From an uncultured Verrucomicrobiae bacterium (GTDB lineage: Bacteria > Verrucomicrobiota > Verrucomicrobiia > Chthoniobacterales > JAATET01), in NCBI GenBank assembly GCA_963719495.1, contig CAVRCI010000008.1, positions 32,001 to 96,000 of the forward strand: DNA of 64,000 nt. The letters are read 5' to 3'. The notes beneath the pieces are model-generated. The model ran no database searches, had not been told where the DNA came from, and saw nothing but the letters and a program-made list of their open reading frames with translations. Both the position numbers and the translations under genes were made by a program. How positions within the stretch are numbered: position 1 is the stretch's first letter; each line of letters opens with the position of its first letter. Below, piece by piece: positions 51,401 to 59,136 of the stretch.

Positions 51401-51689
51401 GGCGTCGGCGATCCGGTTGTCGCTCGAGGACGCCGCACCGGAGGCACGGGTGCGGGCGCTCGAGGAACACATGCGGGAAGTGCTCGCGAACGTGCTCAAA
51501 ATGGCGAAGGACGCGGTGCCGGTGAACCGGAAGCTCAACGAGATCGGCGTCGATTCGTTGATGGTGCTCGAGCTGGGGCTGGGGATTCGCGAGCGAATTG
51601 GCGTGGAATTTTCGGCCATGGAGTTTCTAAAGGGACCGACGCTGAAGGAGCTTTCGACGTTGGCCGAGGAGCGGCTCTGGCGGAATTAA
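45453..51689 (+). CDS. Single-module highly reducing type I polyketide synthase (KS-AT-DH-ER-KR-ACP, no TE)
   Basis: KS DTACSSS/EAHGTGT/VGHLE; AT GHSVGE, VAYHS; DH LFDHGV..HPSLFDAALQ; ER LIHHGTGGLG; KR ITGGTSGFG, VLDD, GQTSYVVAN; ACP GVDSL; protein ends right after the ACP. Confidence 0.93.
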   Translation: MAELEDDADRFAIIGIGCRLPPSGNSLAAFWRFLMKGGNALKPIKSDRWDWRQYWDGDPARPGKSYAPKAAWLDQDIKQFDPGVFGISPREAACLDPQQRLLLESTWEAFEDAGLPVERMAGSRTGVFIGGFCLDHLLSQTKAANLALVDAHSPGGVMMTVLSNRISHAFDLRGPSLTLDTACSSSLVAIHYACQSLRSGESELALAGGVNVMGRPEFPVIMSKGHFLSHHGECHAFDESAAGYARGEGAGVFLIKPLAKARADGDTIHAVIRGSGVNSDGRTEGLSLPNGDAQGRLIREVYERAGVAPKDVDYVEAHGTGTQAGDPAELAALNANFGTGRESPLWVGSVKTNVGHLEAAAGVAGMMKAIGVLKYRKIPKNLHFENPNPKIPFDDYALTVVAATTDLPGADEKATLFAGVNGFGYGGTNAHVLLESAPAAVVAATNGAAAEGLRVVPFSAADEGALRDLAGKFAFLLGGAKAGSMDDLAYTTAFRRSHLPVRCAAVCDGLGALRDQLIAASTGQPADGLVIGSRVAGAERGLVFVFTGMGPQWWAMGQELMRTEPIVAATVDEVDAVFQPLAGWSLEAAMLAGEAESRMAHTDLAQPANFALQVGLFRLWESRGIRPAAVVGHSVGEVSAAYVAGVYSMEEAVLVSYHRSRLQQTTAGLGAMLAVGCSEDEANSWIGDRGGVAVAAINSFGAVTLSGDRAELETIAAELEAAGIFNKFLRVEVAYHSPQMDPIEAELLEVLAPLNPKPATLPLYSTAYGEIVDASRWGADYWWRNVRHAVRFADAAKGLLEAGFGAFLEVGPHPVLGNAIKECAATLGREATVFYSLKRKEHEARRMALSLAELYVAGFDPDWSAVAPTHGRMTAVPTYPWKRQTHWLESERSLLERVGRKGPVYLNRPVQGNPTTWEVEINRNFFPFLFDHGVQDQTVFAGMGYVEAALTLGRECRGGEAFILENVSFERVLIVDKMKIQCLVSSFDAEGGRFAISSRTDGEAASMELHCRGRILPQAEPIVPRIDLDKWRERCGDEVAIATLYEHLGGRGLEYGEAFRPALAMTVGPERFVMKIDSGRVAKETDHLLHPSLFDAALQAVLYRAGGKHLFVPSGFERFEYFGRPGGDVCFAVGELVETSATRIVAHAWLTDEAGNVVAHAHGIALQSIEMGGAEAAGDPVYELGWKVAPRDAVEVGRGEGMVLVAAVAGGLIDAVAERLPEAWVRDAGSVDEALAAGRKRFVVFGGSDETATGLADEAEAAIELLRALAVSGVACEVTFATVRAREVVDGEGVANLGGSALAALGMVAENEHAALTCRSVDLADAGPDAADCLARELALGGADVAYRDGQRWECALGGRRFEAAPVALRSVSLDEPVTLTFDAKGKSGSLGFESVERREPGAGELEIRIQRAALNYKDLLKVEGKIDPLALEGTFWGTGVGMECAGVVTRVGAESAFAVGDRVLTILPGAFRSYATVPATYVVRIPDGLDCDLAGVSVVYLTAYRGLVDVAGLAAGERVLIHHGTGGLGLAAIGIAKWRGAEIFATAGSDEKRAMLRELGVKHVYSSRTLDFGARIRADTGGEGVDVVLSAQTGQAMHVSLGLLRTGGRFVEVGKKDIAEDNGLPMRAFNRNLTFASVDVDRLSLERPDLMSATLRKVVDHFAAGDFSQGSVTTFAAADVRDAFELIARSRHVGKVLVDLENGSVEARESAGESPMIRADGSYLITGGTSGFGLARARWMAARGAGRLVLASRSGASAAGMDAVVAELEAAGSVVDVVSVDVTDAGAVAELVARAGVDGMPLRGVVHGAMVLDDVMLADVTPERFRRVFAPKAGGAVNLAAALDGAADGLDFVVFDSSVSAIVGNAGQTSYVVANALLDALARRLRARGVPAVSINWGALAESGVVARDGRLGDVLAAGGITGLTDAEAFDAMEKAARSGRAQVGAFKVDWKRWAVANSRRAEDPRFRALVRQARDGEGGDAASAIRLSLEDAAPEARVRALEEHMREVLANVLKMAKDAVPVNRKLNEIGVDSLMVLELGLGIRERIGVEFSAMEFLKGPTLKELSTLAEERLWRN

Positions 51690-51707
51690 TTTCAAACAAC
51701 ACGACTC

Positions 51708-53105
51708 ATGGAAAAATCTCTCCCCGGCATCGACAGTCTCGTCGCTTTCACCAACACGGCGGGCCTCAATGGGCGCGGCACGTTGGTTCACATCTCGCGG
51801 TCCGTCGCCGTCTTCGAGGTCTACAACCCGTATTCGATCATTCAGCTCTCGGAGGTTCTCCAGGAGCTGTCCGTGATGCGCGGCGAGCGGGTGATTTATC
51901 GTGGGCGAGGGGTGGTGACGAGCATCGTGGCGACGGGCTTGATGGTGATCGTGTCGGTGACGTTGATTGATTCGTGGAATTCCGTCGGGCACCTCGAGCC
52001 GGGTGGGGCGCTGCAGGATGCGGTCACGGCGTTCATCAACGACTGGGAGGAGGGGCAGGATCTGACGCCCGAGTATCAGCTGGCGGTGAACCAAATGGCG
52101 GATTTCCTTTCCGATTCGAGCCGATGGATCGAGGAAGCGGAGACGGCGATCGTCGGGACGGAAAAGATCGACCCCGACCGGGCGGCACGGTTCCGCGAGT
52201 CGCTGCAGGAGCCGGTGGCGGCGAAGTTGCAGGGATTGATTCAGGCCTTTGAAAACGAAGCCCGCAACGTGCCGGACGAAGAGTCGGCGCTCTACAAGGC
52301 GTTTTCGCGGCGGGAGATTCATCCCTTCATGCTCTGCGCGCCCTTTGCGTGGCGGTCGTTCTACAAGCCGCTCGGATACGCGGGCGACTACGAGATGGTG
52401 AACATGATGCTCCAGGAGTCGCCCGACGTCGGGAACAACACCTACGCGCGCATCTTCCACGATCTCACGACCAGCGTCGCGGCGTGCCTCGCGCACCGCA
52501 ATCGCATCACGATCCTCGAGCGACTGCTCGCCGAGGAGGCCGAGCGGGTGACCGAGGAAGAGCGGATCTTCACCGTGCTGACGGTGGCCTGCGGACCGGC
52601 GGTCGAGATCCAGCGTTACATCCGGACGCAGGATCTGGCGAACCAGAGCGCGCTGCACCTGATGGATTTCAACGAAGAAACGCTCGCCTACGTGCAGGAG
52701 CGCGTGGAGGCCGCGATGGACGCGTCGGGGCGGAAGCCGACGGTGAAATTCATCCGCAAGTCCATTGATGACCTGTTGAGGAACGTCCACATCGAGAACG
52801 AGGAATTCCTGCCGACCTACGACATGATTTATTGCGCGGGGCTGTTCGATTATTTCCCCGACAACGTCTGTCGCAACCTGCTCGAGCTCTACTACCAGTG
52901 GGTGCGGCCGGGTGGGTTGCTCGCGGCGACGAACGTGCATCCGAACAACCCGGAGCAATTTCTGATGGAGCATTTGCTCGAGTGGTATCTCGTCTACCGG
53001 GACGAGGCGCACCTCGAGTCGCTCGCGCCGAAGGGCTGCTCGCCGGAAGTCTTCGCCGATGACACCGGGGTGAACGTTTTCCTGACCGTGCGAAAGCCCG
53101 AATGA
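51708..53105 (+). CDS. phcB: PhcB-like class I SAM-dependent methyltransferase (signal synthase candidate)
   Basis: KPLGYAGDYEM, AHRNRI, VACGPAVE, LMDFNEETL, YCAGLFDY, PGGLLAATN, MEHLLEWYLVYRD; 465 aa; motif set matches remembered PhcB-family proteins. Confidence 0.72.
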   Translation: MEKSLPGIDSLVAFTNTAGLNGRGTLVHISRSVAVFEVYNPYSIIQLSEVLQELSVMRGERVIYRGRGVVTSIVATGLMVIVSVTLIDSWNSVGHLEPGGALQDAVTAFINDWEEGQDLTPEYQLAVNQMADFLSDSSRWIEEAETAIVGTEKIDPDRAARFRESLQEPVAAKLQGLIQAFENEARNVPDEESALYKAFSRREIHPFMLCAPFAWRSFYKPLGYAGDYEMVNMMLQESPDVGNNTYARIFHDLTTSVAACLAHRNRITILERLLAEEAERVTEEERIFTVLTVACGPAVEIQRYIRTQDLANQSALHLMDFNEETLAYVQERVEAAMDASGRKPTVKFIRKSIDDLLRNVHIENEEFLPTYDMIYCAGLFDYFPDNVCRNLLELYYQWVRPGGLLAATNVHPNNPEQFLMEHLLEWYLVYRDEAHLESLAPKGCSPEVFADDTGVNVFLTVRKPE

Positions 53106-55726
53106 CGAGCCCCCATCCAGTCGAAAGCGATCCGGTGTTGGCCGCCGCATTCCGGGCGTCCAACGGTCGGCGGCTCGTGCGCGGTCTGCTCGTTGCGAAC
53201 GGGCTGTCGGTGATCGGGGTGCCGGGTGGGTTCGTGCTGGATTACTTTTTGTATCCGGCGAATTTTTTGCAGTTTCTCGCGATCCGCTTCGGGGTGGCCG
53301 CCCTGCTGATCGTGATCATGGGCCTGCTCGTCCGGGAGCGGAAGGCGCCGCGAGTCGGTCTCGTCAATGCGCTCGGAATTCTGTCGGCGTTGATCATCAA
53401 TTTTGCGTTTTGCCTGATGATCGCGACGACCGACGGGGCGGGGTCGCCCTACGTCGTTGGGGTGATTCTGATTATCACGTGCTGGGCGGTCATGCTGCCT
53501 TGGACGGCGACGGAGACGGCCGTGGTATGCGTGGTGTCTTACGTCGGCTACGCGGTCGCGTGCTTCGCGAACGCGGGATCGCTGCAGGCCGAAAATTTTC
53601 CGCTCTTCGCGTTCAATTCGTTCTTCGTTTTGATCACGACGGCGGTTTGCGTCGCGATCTCGATTTTTCAGGCGCGGTCGCGGTTCGATGATTTTCGACT
53701 GCGGCACGAATTGGACGAGCGCAACCGCGAGCTGCGGGATCTGGACCGGCTGAAAACGCAATTCTTCTCGAACGTGAGCCACGAACTCCGGACGCCGTTG
53801 ACGATGATCCTGAGCCCCGTGGCGGATTTGCTGCGGCGGACGGAGGCCCTCGAGCCGGCGGTCCACGGGACGATGATCGTCGTGCAGCGGAACACGCTGA
53901 GGTTGTTGAAATTGATCAACGATCTGCTCGATCTCACGCGGATGGATCAAGGCGTCGACGTGCTGCGGCGGAAATCGGTGGAGGTCGACGAGTTCGCGCG
54001 AGGAATCGTCGAGTCGATGCGGCACCTCGGTCTGTCGAAGCGGTTGCGGATGAAGATCGAGGCGGGGGACGCGGGCTTGCGCGGCGATTTCGACCCGGCG
54101 CGGATGGAGAAAGTGCTGCTCAATCTGCTGACGAACGCGATGAAATACACGCCGGCCGGCGGCACGATCACGGTGCGCTGGGGGGCGGGCGAGAGGGCGG
54201 CGGGCGGCGTGTGGTTCGAGGTCGCGGATACCGGCGTCGGGATTCCCGAGGAGGATCTGGCCCGGATCTTCGACCGCTTCCACCAAGTGAAGAGCAATGC
54301 GGCGAATCAGAATCAGGGCGTCGGCATCGGGCTGGCCCTGGCGAAGGAACTCGTCGAGCAGCACGGCGGGACGGTGGACGTGAAGAGCCTCGTGGGCGAG
54401 GGGACGGTTTTCCGGGCGAATCTGCCCGCCGTCGTGGAGGATTTGGACGTCGCCGAGACCGAGCGGATGGCGTTCGACGAAATCGAGGAGCCGTTCGAGA
54501 AGGCGTTTCGCTCGGCGGACCGGAGCTGGACCTACGACGACTCGGCGGACGTGGATTTGCCGGAGGTGGGATCGGGTTCGCAGACCGTGCTGGTGGCGGA
54601 CGACGAGCACGACATGCGGCGCTACGTCGTGTCCCTGCTCGCGGAGGACTATCGCGTGATCCAGACGCAGCACGGCGGAAACGTCGAGGAATTGGTGGCG
54701 AAGCACCGGCCCGATCTCGTGGTGCTGGATTGGATGATGCCCGGGAAGGACGGTTTGCAACTCTGCCAGGCCCTGCGGTCGCGGGAGGAGAACAAGGATT
54801 TGAAAATCGTGCTGCTCACCGCGCGGGCCGACGAGGATTCGAAAATCGACGCGCTGCAGGCCGGGGCGGACGATTTTCTCACCAAGCCGTTCAGCAGCGT
54901 CGAGGTGCGGACGCGGGTGCGGAATCTCCTGCGGGCCGGGCAGATGCAACGCGACCTGCGGGCGAGCAACGACGACCTCACGGCCACGCTGACCAAATTG
55001 CGCGACACCGAGACGATGCTCATCCAGAGCGAAAAGATGAACGCGATCGGCTCGCTTTCCGCCGGGTTGCTGCACGAGATCAACAACCCGCTCAACTACA
55101 CGCTGACGGCGATCAGCATCACCCACCAGTTCCGCGACACGCTGTCGGAGGATCTGCGGGAGATCCTCGACGACGTCGAGGAGGGGATGACGCGGATCCG
55201 TGATGTCGTGACCGATCTGAAAACCTTCGCCTACCCCGAAAAGGCGGGCGTCGAGGCCGACGTGGCGGTTTCGGAATTGCTGCGCAGCGCGCTCAAGATC
55301 ACGGCCGGGGAGCTGGACGGCGTGCGGGTCGACGTCGATCTACCGGAGGATTTCGAGGTGCGCGGACAGAAGACCCAGCTCATGCACATCTTCATCAACC
55401 TGCTCAACAACGCGAGCCGCGCGATGCGGGAGGCCAACCTGGCCGGTCCGCGGGTGGTGACGGTCCGCGGGAGGACTCTGGGCGACTTGGCGGTCGTGGA
55501 GTTGCGCGACAGCGGGCCGGGGATCCCGGCGGAGATCATCAACCGCGTCTTCGATCCCTTTTTCACGACCCGGGCGGTCGGCTCGGGCATGGGGATGGGC
55601 CTGAGCATCTGCCACACGATTTTGGATTCGCACCGGGGCACGATCCGGGTGGAGAATCACCCGGACGGCGGGGCGCATTTCACCATCGAACTCCCACTCG
55701 CCGAGTCGGCGCTACTCTCATGCTAA
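53102..55726 (+). CDS. Membrane hybrid histidine kinase (multi-TM sensor-HisKA-HATPase-REC-HisKA-HATPase), PhcS-like position
   Basis: About 6 TM helices; SHELRTPL, NLLTNAMKY, DTGVGI, GIGL; REC ADDE..DWMMP..KP; second LHEINNPL, NLLNNA, DSGPGI, GMGMGL. Confidence 0.9.
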   Translation: MTSPHPVESDPVLAAAFRASNGRRLVRGLLVANGLSVIGVPGGFVLDYFLYPANFLQFLAIRFGVAALLIVIMGLLVRERKAPRVGLVNALGILSALIINFAFCLMIATTDGAGSPYVVGVILIITCWAVMLPWTATETAVVCVVSYVGYAVACFANAGSLQAENFPLFAFNSFFVLITTAVCVAISIFQARSRFDDFRLRHELDERNRELRDLDRLKTQFFSNVSHELRTPLTMILSPVADLLRRTEALEPAVHGTMIVVQRNTLRLLKLINDLLDLTRMDQGVDVLRRKSVEVDEFARGIVESMRHLGLSKRLRMKIEAGDAGLRGDFDPARMEKVLLNLLTNAMKYTPAGGTITVRWGAGERAAGGVWFEVADTGVGIPEEDLARIFDRFHQVKSNAANQNQGVGIGLALAKELVEQHGGTVDVKSLVGEGTVFRANLPAVVEDLDVAETERMAFDEIEEPFEKAFRSADRSWTYDDSADVDLPEVGSGSQTVLVADDEHDMRRYVVSLLAEDYRVIQTQHGGNVEELVAKHRPDLVVLDWMMPGKDGLQLCQALRSREENKDLKIVLLTARADEDSKIDALQAGADDFLTKPFSSVEVRTRVRNLLRAGQMQRDLRASNDDLTATLTKLRDTETMLIQSEKMNAIGSLSAGLLHEINNPLNYTLTAISITHQFRDTLSEDLREILDDVEEGMTRIRDVVTDLKTFAYPEKAGVEADVAVSELLRSALKITAGELDGVRVDVDLPEDFEVRGQKTQLMHIFINLLNNASRAMREANLAGPRVVTVRGRTLGDLAVVELRDSGPGIPAEIINRVFDPFFTTRAVGSGMGMGLSICHTILDSHRGTIRVENHPDGGAHFTIELPLAESALLSC

Positions 55727-56823
55727 CTAATCCATCCAGCCGCCAATGCGGCATCCTCTACATCGACGACGAAGAAAAAGCGTTGAAATATTTCCGGCTC
55801 GCGTTCGCGCAGAAGTTCGAGATTTTCACCGCGCCATCCGGTCCCGAAGGTCTCGAGATCCTGCGGCGCGAATCCGCCAAGATCGCGATCGTGATTTCGG
55901 ATCAGCGCATGCCCGAGATGCTCGGCGCGGAGATCCTCGAGATCGTCCGCAACGAATACCCGCACGTCGTGCGCATTCTCACCACGGCTTATTCCGACCT
56001 CGAGAGTGCGATCCAGGCGGTGAACCGCGGCCACATCTACCAATACGTGGTCAAGCCCTGGGAAGTGCCGGAGCTGGGCATGGTGCTGCAGCGTGCGTCG
56101 GATTACCACCAGGTGCTGAGTGAGCGCGACGAGTTGCTGGCCGTGAAGTTGAGCACGCTGCAACGCGTGCTCTGCAGCGACCGGGTGAAGTGGCTGCTCC
56201 TGGCTTCGCGGGCGTGGGCCGAGGAGGAGCGAATCGCGCTGCGGCGGACGGTGGTCTCCTTGATCGAGGTGTTGCCGTCGCAGTTGAATCCGGCTCAGAC
56301 CAGGAAAGTGGCCGGAGTGAGCGCGCGTGACTTCGACCTCGAGCGGTTGATCTCCGGCGAATATTCGAACGCGACGATGTGCCTCGACGCGATCGACGCC
56401 CTGCGCGGTGCGTCGGGTTCGTGGAGCGAGCGGGCGACGACCGAGGTGTCCGGCCTGGCCGCCGCGCTGGCGGCCGGGTTGGAAGTGGCGGAGGATTCGA
56501 TCGAGACCGAGGCAAGTGGGTTGGCGGCGAGTGTCGCGCTCGATGGCGCGCCGATCGAGGCCTCGGAATTGGCGAGAGCGCTCGGCGGCGTGTTGGCGGA
56601 GAAGGAGTCCGGCGCGATCGCGGTGAATCTGCTGCGGACGCTGTTTGCGCTGGCGATGGCTGGTGGGAAGCTGGTCGTCACCGGTGGCGGGATGGAGTTT
56701 CGTTTTCTCGAAGGTGACGCCGAAGCGACCTCGGCGGCGGACGTGATCGCCGCGTTGCACGGACAATTCTCCCGCGCCGACCTGGCTGGTCTGCGACCCA
56801 CGGCAACCCCCGCAAAATCATGA
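55720..56823 (+). CDS. Response regulator, PhcQ-like (REC + helical domain of unknown function)
   Basis: ILYIDDEEKALKYF, SDQRMP, VRILTTAYSDLE.AI.AVN.G.I..Y..KPW, ERDELL..KL..LQ. Confidence 0.8.
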   Translation: MLTNPSSRQCGILYIDDEEKALKYFRLAFAQKFEIFTAPSGPEGLEILRRESAKIAIVISDQRMPEMLGAEILEIVRNEYPHVVRILTTAYSDLESAIQAVNRGHIYQYVVKPWEVPELGMVLQRASDYHQVLSERDELLAVKLSTLQRVLCSDRVKWLLLASRAWAEEERIALRRTVVSLIEVLPSQLNPAQTRKVAGVSARDFDLERLISGEYSNATMCLDAIDALRGASGSWSERATTEVSGLAAALAAGLEVAEDSIETEASGLAASVALDGAPIEASELARALGGVLAEKESGAIAVNLLRTLFALAMAGGKLVVTGGGMEFRFLEGDAEATSAADVIAALHGQFSRADLAGLRPTATPAKS

Positions 56824-58022
56824 CAAAATTCAAAAAGAAAGGCGTTCTGATGGTCGACGACGAGGAGATCGCGTTGAAGTATTTCTCGCGGGCCTTCGAC
56901 GACCGGTTCGCGATCCATTCCGTTTTGTCGACGAAGGAAGCGATGGAGTTCCTCGAGGAGCGTGGCGACGAAATCGGGGTTCTGGTGACGGATCAACGGA
57001 TGCCGGACGCGAACGGGCTGGATCTGCTGTGCCGGGTGCGGGAGGAATTCCCGACGGTCGTGCGCATTCTGACGACGGCTTACACGGAGCAGCAGGTGCT
57101 CGTCGACGCGATCAACTCCGGGGCGGTGTATTCGTTCGTGTCAAAACCGTGGGATCTCAACGAGTTGGAGTCAGTCCTGACCAACGCGCTGGAGGATCAC
57201 GAGCGGCAGGCGGCGGAGGCCTCGCTGGTGGCGGCGAAATTCGATGAATTGCGCGCCCAGATTCTGGAGGACCGCGTCTTCGACGTCGGGATGGTATCGG
57301 CCAAGATCGGGCATTACATTCACAACGCTCTGTGCCCGCTCACGTTCATGATCGAGCAACTCCTCGAGCACAGCCCGGCTACGCCCGATCTGCCGCTCGA
57401 GTTCGTTCGCAGCACGCGGGACCACCTTTACGACGTCGCCCAGACGCTCAAGGACCTCGAGCAGGTGAGCCAGCCGACGGCCGAAGCGGACCTCGAATGG
57501 CTGAATCTCGACCACCTGGCGGTGCGGGCCCTCGCGGAGACCGAAGTGATCCGAAATCAGAAGAAGCTCCACATCGAAAAGAAGGTCGATCCGGATACGC
57601 CCCTCATCCGAGGATCACTCGATCAGATCGCCAAGCTCTTCCGCTTCATGATCGCGGAGGAGATCGTCTCGCTGCCCGAGAGCAGCACGGTGCACCTCGG
57701 GATCGCTCCCAACCTCGTGGACGGCGAGGTCCTCGGGGCGCAGATCAGTTTCGACGATTTCGTGCCGGTGGCGCGGCACACGTGCGCGGAGAGTCTGCTC
57801 CATCCCTTCAATCTGCGGGGCTCGAATCCGCGGGAGTTCGGGGTTTTTCTGGTGTCGTGCTACTTCATCGTCCGCCACCACGGGGGGTCGCTGACGGCGC
57901 GGATCAACGAGTGGGGTGGGCTTTCCCTCTCGCTATTCCTCCCCAGCGTGGACGACAGTCCGGCGACGGAGGATTTCCTGCTGACCAAAAGCCTCGGGAA
58001 TCCCTCGAACCGAAAGCGCTGA
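56820..58022 (+). CDS. Response regulator with degenerate kinase core, PhcR-like
   Basis: VDDEEIALKYFSRAF, TDQRMP, KPW; H-box-like GHYIHNALCPL; IVRHHGGSL present but N and G boxes not recognisable. Confidence 0.78.
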   Translation: MTKFKKKGVLMVDDEEIALKYFSRAFDDRFAIHSVLSTKEAMEFLEERGDEIGVLVTDQRMPDANGLDLLCRVREEFPTVVRILTTAYTEQQVLVDAINSGAVYSFVSKPWDLNELESVLTNALEDHERQAAEASLVAAKFDELRAQILEDRVFDVGMVSAKIGHYIHNALCPLTFMIEQLLEHSPATPDLPLEFVRSTRDHLYDVAQTLKDLEQVSQPTAEADLEWLNLDHLAVRALAETEVIRNQKKLHIEKKVDPDTPLIRGSLDQIAKLFRFMIAEEIVSLPESSTVHLGIAPNLVDGEVLGAQISFDDFVPVARHTCAESLLHPFNLRGSNPREFGVFLVSCYFIVRHHGGSLTARINEWGGLSLSLFLPSVDDSPATEDFLLTKSLGNPSNRKR

Positions 58023-58026
58023 ATCG

Positions 58027-59127
58027 ATGATTGCGGGTTCCCCTTTCAAAAAAATTCTCGTCGTGGACGATGAGCCCCTCGTTCGCCAGACGCTGAGCCT
58101 GTGTCTGCGGGACGAATACGACGTGACGGCGGTGGCGTCGGGCGAAGAGGCTCTGGCGGCATCGGCGGCGGATGCCTACCCGGTCGTGCTGTTGGATCTG
58201 TGCATGGAGGGGCTGTCGGGAATCGAGACGCTCAAGCGTCTGAAGGAAATGCGCGAGGTCCAGAAAGTGATCATCCTCACCGCGCACGAGAGCACGGAGA
58301 GCGCCATCGCGGCGGTGAATCACGGTGCTTTCAACTACCTGCTCAAGCCCTTCGAGCGAAAGCACCTCAAGGACGTGATCTCCCGGGGCTTCGCGGATTA
58401 CGAGCAGGAGAATCTCCGGACGCAGGAGATGCAATCGCGGCTGATGAGCGTGCACGACACGTTTTTTTCCATGCTCTGCCACGAGTTCAACACTCCGCTC
58501 AACGTGGTGCTGGGATTCTCGGAGCTGCTTTCGCACGACACCCGGGACGCCGAGCGGTCGGGATGGATCAAGGAAATCCAAAATTCCGGGCGTCAGCTCC
58601 ACGATATCCTCATGGAAATCGTCGATTACGTGAGCGCTTCCCACCTGGCGGAAGCCGGGGTGCAGACCGAATTGCCGCTGGAGGCTCTTTCCGAGACGCT
58701 GATCGCCTTCTCGAAGGAGCGGGGTCTCGTCCTGGAGTTTCACGATATGCGCCCGACCGGACAAAAGTATCGCGGGCCGGAGCGATCGATCCTGATGGTG
58801 GCGCGCAAGCTTCTCCGCATGGCGGCGCGTGGATCCAGCTTGGCGCGGTTGTCGGTGGATGTCGTCGAGAACGGCGATGTGATGGATTTGAGCCTGGTTG
58901 TCGAGCGGGTGAACGATGGGCGCGACGTCGGCCCGCGCGCCCGGCTGGACTCGTTGTTCGACCCCTACGGGGCGATCCGTGAGGGGGCGGGGCAGAGCGG
59001 GTTGGGGCTGGAACTGGCGACCTGCCGGAAGATCGCCGAATACGCGAAAGGCACCGTCGACTGCCAGCTGGCGGGCAGCGGAGAGATGCAGTTCGTCGCG
59101 CGGATTCCAATCGAACGGGTGGGTTAG
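58027..59127 (+). CDS. REC-HisKA-(degenerate HATPase) hybrid regulator
   Basis: ILVVDDEP, LLDLCM, KPF; CHEFNTPLN; SGLGLELATC. Confidence 0.85.
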   Translation: MIAGSPFKKILVVDDEPLVRQTLSLCLRDEYDVTAVASGEEALAASAADAYPVVLLDLCMEGLSGIETLKRLKEMREVQKVIILTAHESTESAIAAVNHGAFNYLLKPFERKHLKDVISRGFADYEQENLRTQEMQSRLMSVHDTFFSMLCHEFNTPLNVVLGFSELLSHDTRDAERSGWIKEIQNSGRQLHDILMEIVDYVSASHLAEAGVQTELPLEALSETLIAFSKERGLVLEFHDMRPTGQKYRGPERSILMVARKLLRMAARGSSLARLSVDVVENGDVMDLSLVVERVNDGRDVGPRARLDSLFDPYGAIREGAGQSGLGLELATCRKIAEYAKGTVDCQLAGSGEMQFVARIPIERVG

Positions 59128-59136
59128 CGGAGGCCG

